A DNA stretch of 52,361 bases, taken from positions 1 through 52,361 of the forward strand of contig CAZVFT010000004.1 in NCBI GenBank assembly GCA_964626495.1, written 5' to 3'. Source of the stretch: an uncultured bacterium. GTDB taxonomy: Bacteria > Fidelibacterota > Marinisomatia > Marinisomatales > CAZVFT01. Below are positions 16,012 through 24,963 of the stretch, piece by piece (position 1 is the first letter of the stretch; every line of letters starts with the position of its first letter). Position numbers and translations under genes: made by a program. The notes under the pieces were generated by a model that saw only the letters and a list, made by a program, of their open reading frames with translations, was not told the origin of the DNA and did not search any database.

Positions 16012-18846
16012 ATGATTAAAAAGATTACAATTATTCTCTTTCTACCTTTGTTGCTTATTGCTCAAGATCGTGGAATTATTGAGGGTACTGTTACAAATTC
16101 GGAAACAAACGAGCCTCTCCCGGGAGCAAACGTTATCATAAAAGGAACTTATTACGGAGCTGCAACAGATTTAGAAGGTCACTTCCTCATCAGTGGTGTT
16201 TCCCCGGGTAATTATGACATTGAAGCTTCAATGATGGGCTATAAGGTTATGCTCCAGACAGGTATTCAGGTAAAACCTAACACGACTGTAAAAATTCAAT
16301 TTCTCATGGAGCAGACAGTTCTTACTTTTGGAGAAGAAGTTGTAGTTATCGGGAAAAAACCACTTTTTGATGTGGATGAAACCGCTTCCATCAGTCGAGT
16401 TTCCAAAGACGATATTCAACAAAAAATCGTGTCCAGCATTGAAGATATTCTGTCTGAACAGATTGGTGTAACCAAAGTGGATAACGAAATCCATATCCGG
16501 GGAGGACGAATTGATGAGACTCTCTACATCATCGATGGGCTTTCCATTAAAGATCCTCTCTCAGGATATTCAGGTAATCTTTTTATCAACCCTGATGCGA
16601 TCGAAGACCTTGAAATTATCACTGGTGGGTATAATGCAGAACATGGTCAGTCAATGTCCGGAGTGTTAAATGTCAAGCTCAAAGAAGGAAGGGACAAATT
16701 TGAGGGAAGTCTAAAGCTTACCAGCGATAACTGGGGAATGTCAAATGATAATTTCTCCCATTTTTCTACAGACCGGATTGAATATAACTTTGGAGGTCCC
16801 TCTCTCATGCTGGAATTGTTTCCCAAAATTTTGAGGATTAACTTGCCCGGGAAATTCTCCTTTTTCAGTAACGGGTATGGAAAAATCAGCAATACTCAAC
16901 TTCCCACTGCCTCGAAACTGTACCCCCACAGGAACTGGTCTCCACCTTTTGGAATGTCTGAAGACGTTGCCAACGAAATCATGGAAAAACTTTCTCCCAG
17001 AGAAGAAAATAACTGGCATCTGCTTCATAAACTTACCTGGGAAATCACTTCTCAGAAAAAACTGTCTGCTTCTTATGATATATCACTAAACATTTCTCAG
17101 GGATACTTTTTACCCCGGGCATTTTCATATACCTATTTCCCTTACCGATATATCAATATTCTCGATTACTACAACACAATCACCCGTGAGTCGCGACTTC
17201 TCAAATTCAACTGGACCCACACCCTGAATCCTAAAACGTTTTATGAAGCAACTCTGGGTCATTTCATAACCCTCGAACACAGCGCCGCTCAGGATCTTCA
17301 CTGGACTGAGTATAAGGAGCACCTTGATATTGATCCAATTAATTACACCATTGATGATAGGGATGGTAACATAGGTATTACTTATGGGGACGAATTCTAT
17401 GATACGGGATTTACATCTGAATGGTATGATATCTCAAGCGACAACTATCGTTTTGACCTAGATTGGACATACCAGACATTGAAACGTCATAAGACAAAAG
17501 CTGGCATAGAGGGAACGTTTACAGAAATCCAGGTTGTAGACATTGATGAACCCTGGACTGGTACAACTGGATTAGGAAAAAATTACGACATTTATCGAGC
17601 AAAAACTGCTTTTGGAGCCTTTTACATACAAGATCGAATCATATTTGAGGGAATGACCGCTAACATAGGGATAAGGTATGATTTTTGGTTTCCTGGAACG
17701 TACTATGATGCAGATACTACATTTACAACCTCTAGTGACACAATTCTACCATCGTGGTTAACAATTGAGGAGGCTCTGGAAAGATCTATTATTTATGGCC
17801 AAGATGCTCTTGAGAAATTCAGAGATGAGACCTTTCAACTCTTTGATCATAGAGTAAAAGGACGTCTAAGTCCCCGGGTAGGGATCTCTCATCCAGTTAC
17901 GGACAATGATGTTCTCTATTTCTACTATGGTCATTTTTCTCAACTTCCAACATTTCAATACGTCTATGCTAAGCTTCAATCAGTGTCCCAGTCCACATAT
18001 CAGCTCTTTGGCAATCCAAACTTGAATCCCAAGACGACTGTTCAATATGAACTGGGGATTAAACACAGGTTCAGTGAAGATCAAGTCATGGAAATTAAAG
18101 CATACTGGAAAGATATGTTTGACTACGAGACATCTCAAACTATTACACTCCCCCCACCATATTCAAACTTACATTTTAATATGTATTTTAACGCTGACTA
18201 TGCTCGTGCCAGGGGAATTGAGATTATCTTGAAGAGCCGCTTCTGGCAACATTGGTATGCTGATGTGAACTTCAATTATTCGATCATCACAGGTAAGAGC
18301 TCCGACCCCAATGACAATCTTCTCGTTCAGGCAGGTGAGCTTAGAGAAAAACCGCTCGGAGAAGTATTTATGCGGTGGGATAAACCTGTTCAGTTCTTTG
18401 CGAACCTTTCCTACAATCATCCCTCGGGTTTGACTGTTTCCTCCCGTTTTGAATATGAAACAGGACGACGCTATACTCGAGGCATTCCTGATACAGAAGA
18501 ATATCCTCCTGACGGGATCCGGGAAGTAAGCGGTATCAGATATTATGACGGCACCATAGAGGACGATAAACCTTACTATTACATCAGTGAACAACCGGTA
18601 ACCAACAGTGATCTTAAGATCTCAAAAATGTTCAAAATTGGAAAACTAAAATATCGAATTTTCTTAGAAGTTGAAAATGTCTTCGACGAGCGAATTCCGA
18701 GACGTATTAATCCTTTCACGGGACGTGGATACGATCCGGGAGAAATCATTCCATACAGCATGATCAACAGTCCAAACCCGAATTATAATCCAAACCGTGT
18801 TCGTAGACCCAGAACAACTGAACTTGGAATACAGATTATTTTCTGA
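16012..18846 (+). CDS. TonB-dependent receptor with N-terminal carboxypeptidase-regulatory-like domain
   Basis: 944 aa. 'IIEGTVTNSETNEPLPGANVIIKGTYYGAATDLEGHFLISGVSPGNYDIEASMMGYK'. Plug 'IHIRGGRIDETLYIIDGLSIKDPL'. Long beta-barrel region ending in 'ELGIQIIF'. Confidence 0.9.
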   Translation: MIKKITIILFLPLLLIAQDRGIIEGTVTNSETNEPLPGANVIIKGTYYGAATDLEGHFLISGVSPGNYDIEASMMGYKVMLQTGIQVKPNTTVKIQFLMEQTVLTFGEEVVVIGKKPLFDVDETASISRVSKDDIQQKIVSSIEDILSEQIGVTKVDNEIHIRGGRIDETLYIIDGLSIKDPLSGYSGNLFINPDAIEDLEIITGGYNAEHGQSMSGVLNVKLKEGRDKFEGSLKLTSDNWGMSNDNFSHFSTDRIEYNFGGPSLMLELFPKILRINLPGKFSFFSNGYGKISNTQLPTASKLYPHRNWSPPFGMSEDVANEIMEKLSPREENNWHLLHKLTWEITSQKKLSASYDISLNISQGYFLPRAFSYTYFPYRYINILDYYNTITRESRLLKFNWTHTLNPKTFYEATLGHFITLEHSAAQDLHWTEYKEHLDIDPINYTIDDRDGNIGITYGDEFYDTGFTSEWYDISSDNYRFDLDWTYQTLKRHKTKAGIEGTFTEIQVVDIDEPWTGTTGLGKNYDIYRAKTAFGAFYIQDRIIFEGMTANIGIRYDFWFPGTYYDADTTFTTSSDTILPSWLTIEEALERSIIYGQDALEKFRDETFQLFDHRVKGRLSPRVGISHPVTDNDVLYFYYGHFSQLPTFQYVYAKLQSVSQSTYQLFGNPNLNPKTTVQYELGIKHRFSEDQVMEIKAYWKDMFDYETSQTITLPPPYSNLHFNMYFNADYARARGIEIILKSRFWQHWYADVNFNYSIITGKSSDPNDNLLVQAGELREKPLGEVFMRWDKPVQFFANLSYNHPSGLTVSSRFEYETGRRYTRGIPDTEEYPPDGIREVSGIRYYDGTIEDDKPYYYISEQPVTNSDLKISKMFKIGKLKYRIFLEVENVFDERIPRRINPFTGRGYDPGEIIPYSMINSPNPNYNPNRVRRPRTTELGIQIIF

Positions 18847-19859
18847 TGAGAACGTATCGTTACACCACCACCTTTATATTGTTTCTAGTCCTTTCTGTTG
18901 GAAGAAGTCAACAGAATCTTTTTCCAATCCTCGGTGGACAGAGGGTTGGTACATCCATTTTCACATTTCTTAAAATTGGTGTAGGAGCCAGACCTGCAGG
19001 TATGGCTGAAGCTGTCGTAGCAACAAATCAGGACGCTTCCGCTCTCTACTACAATCCAGCAATCATCGCCCAGCTGAAAAACACCCAATTCACGGCTACC
19101 CGGATAGAATGGCCAGCAGATATTCACTACGACTTCTTCGGGATCTCGAGACACATCAGTGGCAGTCACTATCTCGGAATCAGTGCTGGAATTCTTCATA
19201 TGACACCTATGGAAGAAACCACAGAATACATGCCCCATGGAACTGGCAATTATTTTATCTTTCAGGACCAATTTATGGGAATTACCTATAGTGCCCGATT
19301 ATCTGATAGATTCAGTTTCGGAATCACAGCTAAATACGTAAATGAAAATCTGGCTGGAAACAAAATGGACACCTGGCTTATAGATATGGGCACTTTCTAC
19401 TGGACGGGATTCAGGTCCCTCCGATTCTCCGCCTCCCTGTCTCACTTCGGTCCTCAGTGTAAACCTGATGGAACGTATGAACGATTCGTACTTGATAGAG
19501 ATACAGGTGAGGAAGTCATCATCGATTCTGAATATAAACTTTTCTCGCCCCCTACGGTCTTCCGGGTAGGAACAGCAATGGAAATCTTTTCGTCTCATTA
19601 TCAAACAATGACTATCGCCATTCAGCTAAATCATCCTGTGGATGATGCGGAAAATATTGTTGCTGGTGTTGAATACCTCTTTATGAAATCCTTTGCTGTG
19701 AGAGGTGGATATAAACTAAACAAAGAAGGTGAAGATTTCTCACTGGGTGTTGGTTTATACCTACCATTGGGACCGGTAAAAGTATCGGTGGATTATGCCT
19801 ATACCAATTTTTCCTATCTCTCCGACCCTACGCGACTTAGTATTGGTATGGAGTTTTAA
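18846..19859 (+). CDS. PorV/PorQ-family-like outer-membrane beta-barrel
   Basis: 337 aa. Signal peptide, then 'FLKIGVGARPAGMAEAVVATNQDASALYYNPAIIAQL' (the ARxxGMG...DAsA.yyNPA signature as I recall it for PorV). C-terminal 'LSIGMEF'. The ATG overlaps the receptor stop (TGATG at 18844-18848). Confidence 0.7.
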   Translation: MRTYRYTTTFILFLVLSVGRSQQNLFPILGGQRVGTSIFTFLKIGVGARPAGMAEAVVATNQDASALYYNPAIIAQLKNTQFTATRIEWPADIHYDFFGISRHISGSHYLGISAGILHMTPMEETTEYMPHGTGNYFIFQDQFMGITYSARLSDRFSFGITAKYVNENLAGNKMDTWLIDMGTFYWTGFRSLRFSASLSHFGPQCKPDGTYERFVLDRDTGEEVIIDSEYKLFSPPTVFRVGTAMEIFSSHYQTMTIAIQLNHPVDDAENIVAGVEYLFMKSFAVRGGYKLNKEGEDFSLGVGLYLPLGPVKVSVDYAYTNFSYLSDPTRLSIGMEF

Positions 19860-19861
19860 TT

Positions 19862-21337
19862 ATGTCAAAAAAACATCTCCATCACTTTCACCTTCGCCTT
19901 TGCCGCTACCTCACTCTCACTGGATTGATATGGTTGTTTAGTTCCTGTGTTGATAAAATGTCTCTTCCTACAGATATTAGTATGCAGGGAGGGAGTTTTA
20001 CCGGAGATACCACTTACCTGCGTCTTAATCCCATCTGGGATGAGGACAATGGGTATCAATTTCTAACCCCCATTGAAATTTCCATTGCACAGGATGGTCA
20101 TATCTTCATAGCAGATTCATCAAGTCAACGAATTTTTGTTATTGATCAGGGTGGAAAGGTGCTGGAAGAGTTTGAGCCCCTGACAAACTTAATAGATGAA
20201 GAAGGAAACAGCCTTTCTCCCATTGATGTGGATGTTGACCAAAAAATGAATGTCTTTTTTATTGATGGGTCCCGACGTGTTTATCGATGGAACCAGATCT
20301 GGAATGATCTTGGAATTGATTCAATTGCTATTTCTGCAACATTCATCAAAAATACTACGGATAGCACCGTTTCTCCAGGATCTGAGGAATGGCTAAAGCT
20401 AGCGAACAGTGAAGAGTGGGAACTTTATGAAGTTGAATGGTCCACTGATGATGAAAACATTGATTCCCTACTTAATCCTCATCTCTTCTTTGACGCAGGT
20501 ACTCCGGGAAACGAAGCAGCTGATACTTATTTCAATAGCTCTCTTTCACTCTTTTCCGGCATCTCTACATCTGGAAATAATGATTTTTTCTACGTAACGG
20601 ATGAATATTTTGAGCGTATTGTTCGAATAGATTTTGAGCGGTCACACTTCATTAAATTAGGAAGTGGTAACGAAGTTTGGGTTCATAAAGGTGTTTTTAA
20701 AGGATCGAAACTCAAAGTTGCTAACTGGGGAACTGGTGCTGGGACTGTTAACGATCCTGTTGCTATTGATGTTGATTATGACGGCAATATTTACTACGCA
20801 CAATTGGGAAATTACTTTTCCATCCATAAAATTCATGAAGTCACGGGAGACTATACAACCTACCCCTCGGTTTTTCAACCAGGACAGAATGAAATTATGG
20901 AACTGTTCCGATTTGCAGATCCTATGGATGTCGCTGTAGATAAAAGCCAATTCATTTATGTAGCTAATACAGGAGAGCAGGAGATTCAGGTCTTCAATTC
21001 TTATGGTAACTTTTTTAAAAAAGCTGGGATTCAAAAGGTTATAGTTGACACTACAATTTGGGAAATCAATGTAATTGATACGACTGAATTAGATACCTCG
21101 ATATGGATTTATGATCCTGACACAGTCTTGGTTGATACAACCCTTTATATATTTACTTATGACAGTACAGCAATAGATACTTTTTATACTTCTGAAGAGA
21201 AAGGAATCCTCCAGTCACCAAGGGCTGTTGCAGTAGATGATCGCGGAGTTATTTATGTCTGCGATACACCCAATTCGAGGATTGTCCGATATCGCCTTTC
21301 TAATATTTTAGAGGAAGATATTATACCAGAAAATTAG
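19862..21337 (+). CDS. NHL-repeat lipoprotein
   Basis: Lipobox 'LIWLFSSC'. NHL-like blades 'IAQDGHIFIADSSSQRIFVIDQGGK','VDQKMNVFFIDGSRRVYRW','AVDKSQFIYVANTGEQEIQVFNSYGNF','AVDDRGVIYVCDTPNSRIVRYRL'. The ATG lies 2 nt after the upstream stop. Confidence 0.7.
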   Translation: MSKKHLHHFHLRLCRYLTLTGLIWLFSSCVDKMSLPTDISMQGGSFTGDTTYLRLNPIWDEDNGYQFLTPIEISIAQDGHIFIADSSSQRIFVIDQGGKVLEEFEPLTNLIDEEGNSLSPIDVDVDQKMNVFFIDGSRRVYRWNQIWNDLGIDSIAISATFIKNTTDSTVSPGSEEWLKLANSEEWELYEVEWSTDDENIDSLLNPHLFFDAGTPGNEAADTYFNSSLSLFSGISTSGNNDFFYVTDEYFERIVRIDFERSHFIKLGSGNEVWVHKGVFKGSKLKVANWGTGAGTVNDPVAIDVDYDGNIYYAQLGNYFSIHKIHEVTGDYTTYPSVFQPGQNEIMELFRFADPMDVAVDKSQFIYVANTGEQEIQVFNSYGNFFKKAGIQKVIVDTTIWEINVIDTTELDTSIWIYDPDTVLVDTTLYIFTYDSTAIDTFYTSEEKGILQSPRAVAVDDRGVIYVCDTPNSRIVRYRLSNILEEDIIPEN

Positions 21338-21428
21338 TCGACGTATAAACTACTTAAGGATTATTGGTTACTTCAACAACACCATCCATTTACTCCCTAT
21401 AAATGGGGATACGATGGACAAGCCTTCC

Positions 21429-23234
21429 TTACTTCAACAGCAGCATCTTACGGGTTTGTGTGAAACCTTCTGCACGTATCTGATACAGGTAAACACCAGC
21501 ACCCACAGACTTACCGAAACTGTCCATACCATCCCAAACTGCCTTATGATAACCACTCACCACTCTACCCCTAACCAGTTCTTTTACCACTCTTCCCATC
21601 AAATCATAAATCACAATGGTTACATAAGATTGTTCAGGCAGCTCGTAGCGGATTGTTGTAACAGGATTGAAGGGATTAGGGTAATTCTGAAATATCAAAA
21701 TGCGTTGCGGTGTTGAAGGCTCCTCATTGATAGTTATTCCAAAATTTTGTGCTCCTGGTGTTCCCAAATCGCCATTGCCATAAGGCTCGGTGGAAGTACT
21801 CCAGTTGCTACCCACACTGTTATCCATTGCCGGGTCAAGAAGCGCCATAGAAGCACCATTGGGATCAGGAAAATTGGGACCGCCATCATATTCCACCCTA
21901 TCAACCTCGATGCTATTTTCATTCAGAAGAATAATTTCATCACCCGAATTGCCAAGCGTAATAGATGAATAATCGTAGTCTAACTCAACTCCCCCATTCA
22001 GCGTTGTGTCGCCATTTTGCCCAAGTACAAAATAATCCCCAGGATGGACATAAAGCGATTCCGAATCACACTGTATCACATGATTGTCTGTCCCCAGATC
22101 CCGGATTGTCCAACCGCATAGATTTACTACGATAGAATCCGCATTGAAAATTTCAAACCACTCACCATAAGAATCACTCACAGCTGCAGGATTTTGCATA
22201 ATCTCATTGATAACTATATTCGGAGTGGCAATATCGGTAATGAAAGAGAGTTCCAAGTACACCGGAATGTGATCAGATGATACCACCAATGCATCGGCAA
22301 TTGTATCAGGAACCGCAGAGTTAATCCCGTAGTTGATCGCTTGATTGAAATGCTGACCGTCATTTCCAAAAGGAGTATAGGAATCTCCAACATAATTTAG
22401 ATTGTTTGTATTGGTGATCTGCGAGGAAGCTAAGATGAAATCAAAACGGTCATCCATTCCACCCCCTGCTCCACCATTTCCATAATACCTTGGAGATTGA
22501 GTGTGAACATCCCGAAAGGAATAATTGATATGCCAGTAGCCAATCCGATTAATGGGATCGAAAACCCGTCCGTCATTATCAACTTGAGATTCTGTTAATC
22601 TCTGGAATCCTCCTTCCCCGGAATGGTAAAAATTAAAATCTCCCAACACTAAAAACGGAATAGATGGATCCAGCTCATTAAGGTAATTTCGTAAATTATT
22701 TGCCTCTGATTCCCTATCGTCTATATCTGCGGGATCATCTCCTGCCTTCAAATGAACACCATACAACCTGAATTCCATATTAGTAGCCATGTGTTTCATT
22801 ACAAATTCGATTACGTCCCGATGACCCCACTGATTGGTCACATCCACCGTACTGGTGCTGATAAACTCAAAGTATGCAGGTTTAAAAAACAGTGCGATGT
22901 CTATATCGGTAGAATATTGATCGGTAAAATCCGCCCCTGCATAGAGACTGGGTGTGTCATAATTCAACACATCTGTTAAAAAATGAGTGTATCCTGTTGA
23001 ATTATGAACCTCCTCAGCCATAATAATATCCGGACTGACATAATGAACAACATCTCTCATATCGTCTTCACGATCATCATCACTACTGGTTCCTGAATAA
23101 TCAAGGAGATTGTAGGTCATAATCTTCTGAGTATAAAAAGATTGTGCCTGAATAGATGGGCTCACAAATAAACCCAGAATTGAAATAAAAAAAATAGACC
23201 GAACGATATAAAAAGAACTCACGACTTTAATCAT
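21429..23234 (-). CDS. Secreted endonuclease/exonuclease/phosphatase (EEP) family nuclease with lamin-tail domain and T9SS sorting domain
   Basis: 601 aa. EEP motifs 'KIMTYNLLDY','FLVLGDFNF','SSDHIPVYLEL'. LTD 'IVINEIMQNPAAVSDSYGEWFEIFNADSIVVNLCGWTIRD'. Sorting domain at the C-terminus. Confidence 0.8.
   Translation of the reverse strand: MIKVVSSFYIVRSIFFISILGLFVSPSIQAQSFYTQKIMTYNLLDYSGTSSDDDREDDMRDVVHYVSPDIIMAEEVHNSTGYTHFLTDVLNYDTPSLYAGADFTDQYSTDIDIALFFKPAYFEFISTSTVDVTNQWGHRDVIEFVMKHMATNMEFRLYGVHLKAGDDPADIDDRESEANNLRNYLNELDPSIPFLVLGDFNFYHSGEGGFQRLTESQVDNDGRVFDPINRIGYWHINYSFRDVHTQSPRYYGNGGAGGGMDDRFDFILASSQITNTNNLNYVGDSYTPFGNDGQHFNQAINYGINSAVPDTIADALVVSSDHIPVYLELSFITDIATPNIVINEIMQNPAAVSDSYGEWFEIFNADSIVVNLCGWTIRDLGTDNHVIQCDSESLYVHPGDYFVLGQNGDTTLNGGVELDYDYSSITLGNSGDEIILLNENSIEVDRVEYDGGPNFPDPNGASMALLDPAMDNSVGSNWSTSTEPYGNGDLGTPGAQNFGITINEEPSTPQRILIFQNYPNPFNPVTTIRYELPEQSYVTIVIYDLMGRVVKELVRGRVVSGYHKAVWDGMDSFGKSVGAGVYLYQIRAEGFTQTRKMLLLK
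21432..21701 (-). other. T9SS type-A-like C-terminal sorting domain of the EEP nuclease
   Basis: 'ILIFQNYPNPFNPVTTIRYELPEQSYVTIVIYDLMGRVVKELV...GVYLYQIRAEGFTQTRKMLLLK'. Confidence 0.75.
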
Positions 23235-23315
23235 TTATAATCCTTTCTCCATTAAATATTTACTTTATATCCGTTTAGAGATATTGGTTTTAAAAAAAAA
23301 GGTGATTCAACGTAT

Positions 23316-23335
23316 GAGTTCACTCCGAAAAGGTG
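23316..23335. repeat. Dispersed 20-mer, copy 1 (GAGTTCACTCCGAAAAGGTG)
   Basis: 19/20 identical to 39230-39249 (GAGTCCACTCCGAAAAGGTG). The first 10 nt recur exactly at 39361-39370. All copies lie in non-coding spacers. Confidence 0.7.
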
Positions 23336-23440
23336 AAACCCAGTGAAATGAAAAAACAGTTTTCACGGTTCAAGTACGCCAGTTTTTCTATTAATTACAA
23401 AAACCATTAAAATGGTTATGTCTTCTTGTATATTGTTGAT

Positions 23441-23464
23441 AACCCACGACTTAAGTCGTGGGTT
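23441..23464. repeat. GC-rich tetraloop hairpin
   Basis: 'aacccacgac-ttaa-gtcgtgggtt', a perfect 10-bp stem with no adjacent U-tract. Confidence 0.7.
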
Positions 23465-23473
23465 GAACTTGAA

Positions 23474-23524
23474 TAAAAAAGATTATGAACCGTTTCACTT
23501 GTCCGGCTCTCGACGGAACGGTTT
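23474..23524 (-). terminator. Candidate terminator of cysS
   Basis: Stem 23487-23496 / 23515-23524 (10 bp including 2 G-U). On the minus strand it is followed, after 6 nt, by 'tttttt'. It lies 45 nt after the cysS stop. Confidence 0.4.
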
Positions 23525-23568
23525 CTTTCATTTGAAAAATACCTTTCTGGATTGGCCTCACCGTATAA

Positions 23569-24963
23569 TTAAGTTTTTTTAACCACAGTACCAGCAGATG
23601 TATCCCCTAATTTTATGGATTTTTTTTGGAAATAATCTCTTATTTCATCTGCTCTCTTCCAATCCTTCTTTAATCTCGCCTCTTCCCTTTCTCTGATAAG
23701 TTGACGGTCATTATCACTCAATACAACCTCCCCTTTAAAAATAACTGCCAGAACTGTATCAAATCTTTTTAATAATGAAATAGCTTCAGCTGCCTTTTGC
23801 TGATCAATATTATCATTTTCAATCTGTCGGTTCAATTCCCTTATCCAGTCAAAAATAACAGCAAGACCTTCCGATATATTCAAATCCTTATTCAGGGCTT
23901 TTATAAATTGATTTTCCACTTCCTTATATGTTTTCGTATTTTTTTCAACTAAATCTCCAGCAAGTGACTCCAATCGAATCCGAATATCCTGCAATCGTTC
24001 AACAGCTCCCGCAGATGCTCTCAATCCCTCTTCAGTCAAATTTAATTTCTGTCTATAGTGCGTTGTTAGAAGCAAATATCTAATCGCTGTAGGATCATAC
24101 CCTTTTTCTAATAGATCTTGAAGGATGTAATAGTTTCCCAATGATTTACTCATCTTTGTATCATCCACCAGAAGATGTTCACAGTGCACCCACATATTGA
24201 CAAACGGTTTTCCAGTGGCACAAACACTCTGTGCAATCTCATTTTCATGATGAGGAAATATCAAATCCACACCACCACAGTGAATATCAAAATGTTCACC
24301 AAGATATTTCATCGACATGGTAGAACATTCAATATGCCACCCAGGCCTTCCCTTTCCCCAGAGTGAGTCCCACCCGATATCACCATCTTCCTCTTTCCAC
24401 CCCTTCCATAAAGCAAAATCATAGACATTCTCTTTATCATACTCATCGCTCAATACTCTTTCCGTCTTGACACTTCCCGTTAAATCTACTTTCGATAATA
24501 TTCCATAATCCTTGAACGATGAGATATCAAAAAATACACTTCCATTTGATGTCACATAAGCGTGTCCCTTTTCGATCAAAATCTTCACCAATTCCTGCAT
24601 ATCTGAAATATGGTCTGTAGCCGCCGGATAAACATCGGCTGGAATAATACTCAAAATTTCCATATCCTTAAAGAATGCAGATTTATAAATGTCTGTCAGC
24701 TTTTTTAGACTGACTTTCTCAGTATTACACCGCGCAATTATTTTATCATCAACATCAGTAAGATTTGTAACATGTTGTACATCAAACCCCAAAAATAACA
24801 AATACCGTTTAAGCAAATCGATGAAAACAAATGAGCGAAAATTCCCGATGTGAGGATATTCATAGACAGTCGGTCCGCAAGAGTACAGTTTTACCCTCCC
24901 TTTTTCGATGGGTTTGAACTCCTCTATTTTTCGGGTTAATGTATTGTAAAGTGTAAGACCCAT
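23569..24963 (-). CDS. cysS: Cysteine--tRNA ligase
   Basis: 'YPHIGNFRSF' (HIGH) and 'KMSKSLGN' (KMSKS). 464 aa. The ATG overlaps the upstream stop (TAATG). Confidence 0.95.
   Translation of the reverse strand: MGLTLYNTLTRKIEEFKPIEKGRVKLYSCGPTVYEYPHIGNFRSFVFIDLLKRYLLFLGFDVQHVTNLTDVDDKIIARCNTEKVSLKKLTDIYKSAFFKDMEILSIIPADVYPAATDHISDMQELVKILIEKGHAYVTSNGSVFFDISSFKDYGILSKVDLTGSVKTERVLSDEYDKENVYDFALWKGWKEEDGDIGWDSLWGKGRPGWHIECSTMSMKYLGEHFDIHCGGVDLIFPHHENEIAQSVCATGKPFVNMWVHCEHLLVDDTKMSKSLGNYYILQDLLEKGYDPTAIRYLLLTTHYRQKLNLTEEGLRASAGAVERLQDIRIRLESLAGDLVEKNTKTYKEVENQFIKALNKDLNISEGLAVIFDWIRELNRQIENDNIDQQKAAEAISLLKRFDTVLAVIFKGEVVLSDNDRQLIREREEARLKKDWKRADEIRDYFQKKSIKLGDTSAGTVVKKT

Noticed and set aside
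16228-18767. Several 60-140-aa antisense ORFs inside the TonB receptor gene (e.g. 18169-18594)
   Set aside because: They are fully nested in a 944-aa ORF with clear receptor domains. They have no SD or motifs and are typical of spurious antisense frames.
21386-21406. Bidirectional terminator between the convergent NHL and nuclease genes
   Set aside because: The only stem is the 7-bp AT-rich 'ccattta/taaatgg' with no flanking U/A tracts. It is not convincing as an intrinsic terminator.
21414-21716. 100-aa plus-strand ORF at the 3' end of the nuclease gene
   Set aside because: It is antisense to the well-supported T9SS sorting domain of the EEP nuclease, and the predicted protein is low-complexity (H/T/Q-rich).
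23340-23380. tRNA-like 'ggttcaagt' T-loop resemblance
   Set aside because: No acceptor stem, D-arm or anticodon arm can be drawn around it. No other spacer contains a GTTCGAATC-type T-loop within a cloverleaf context.
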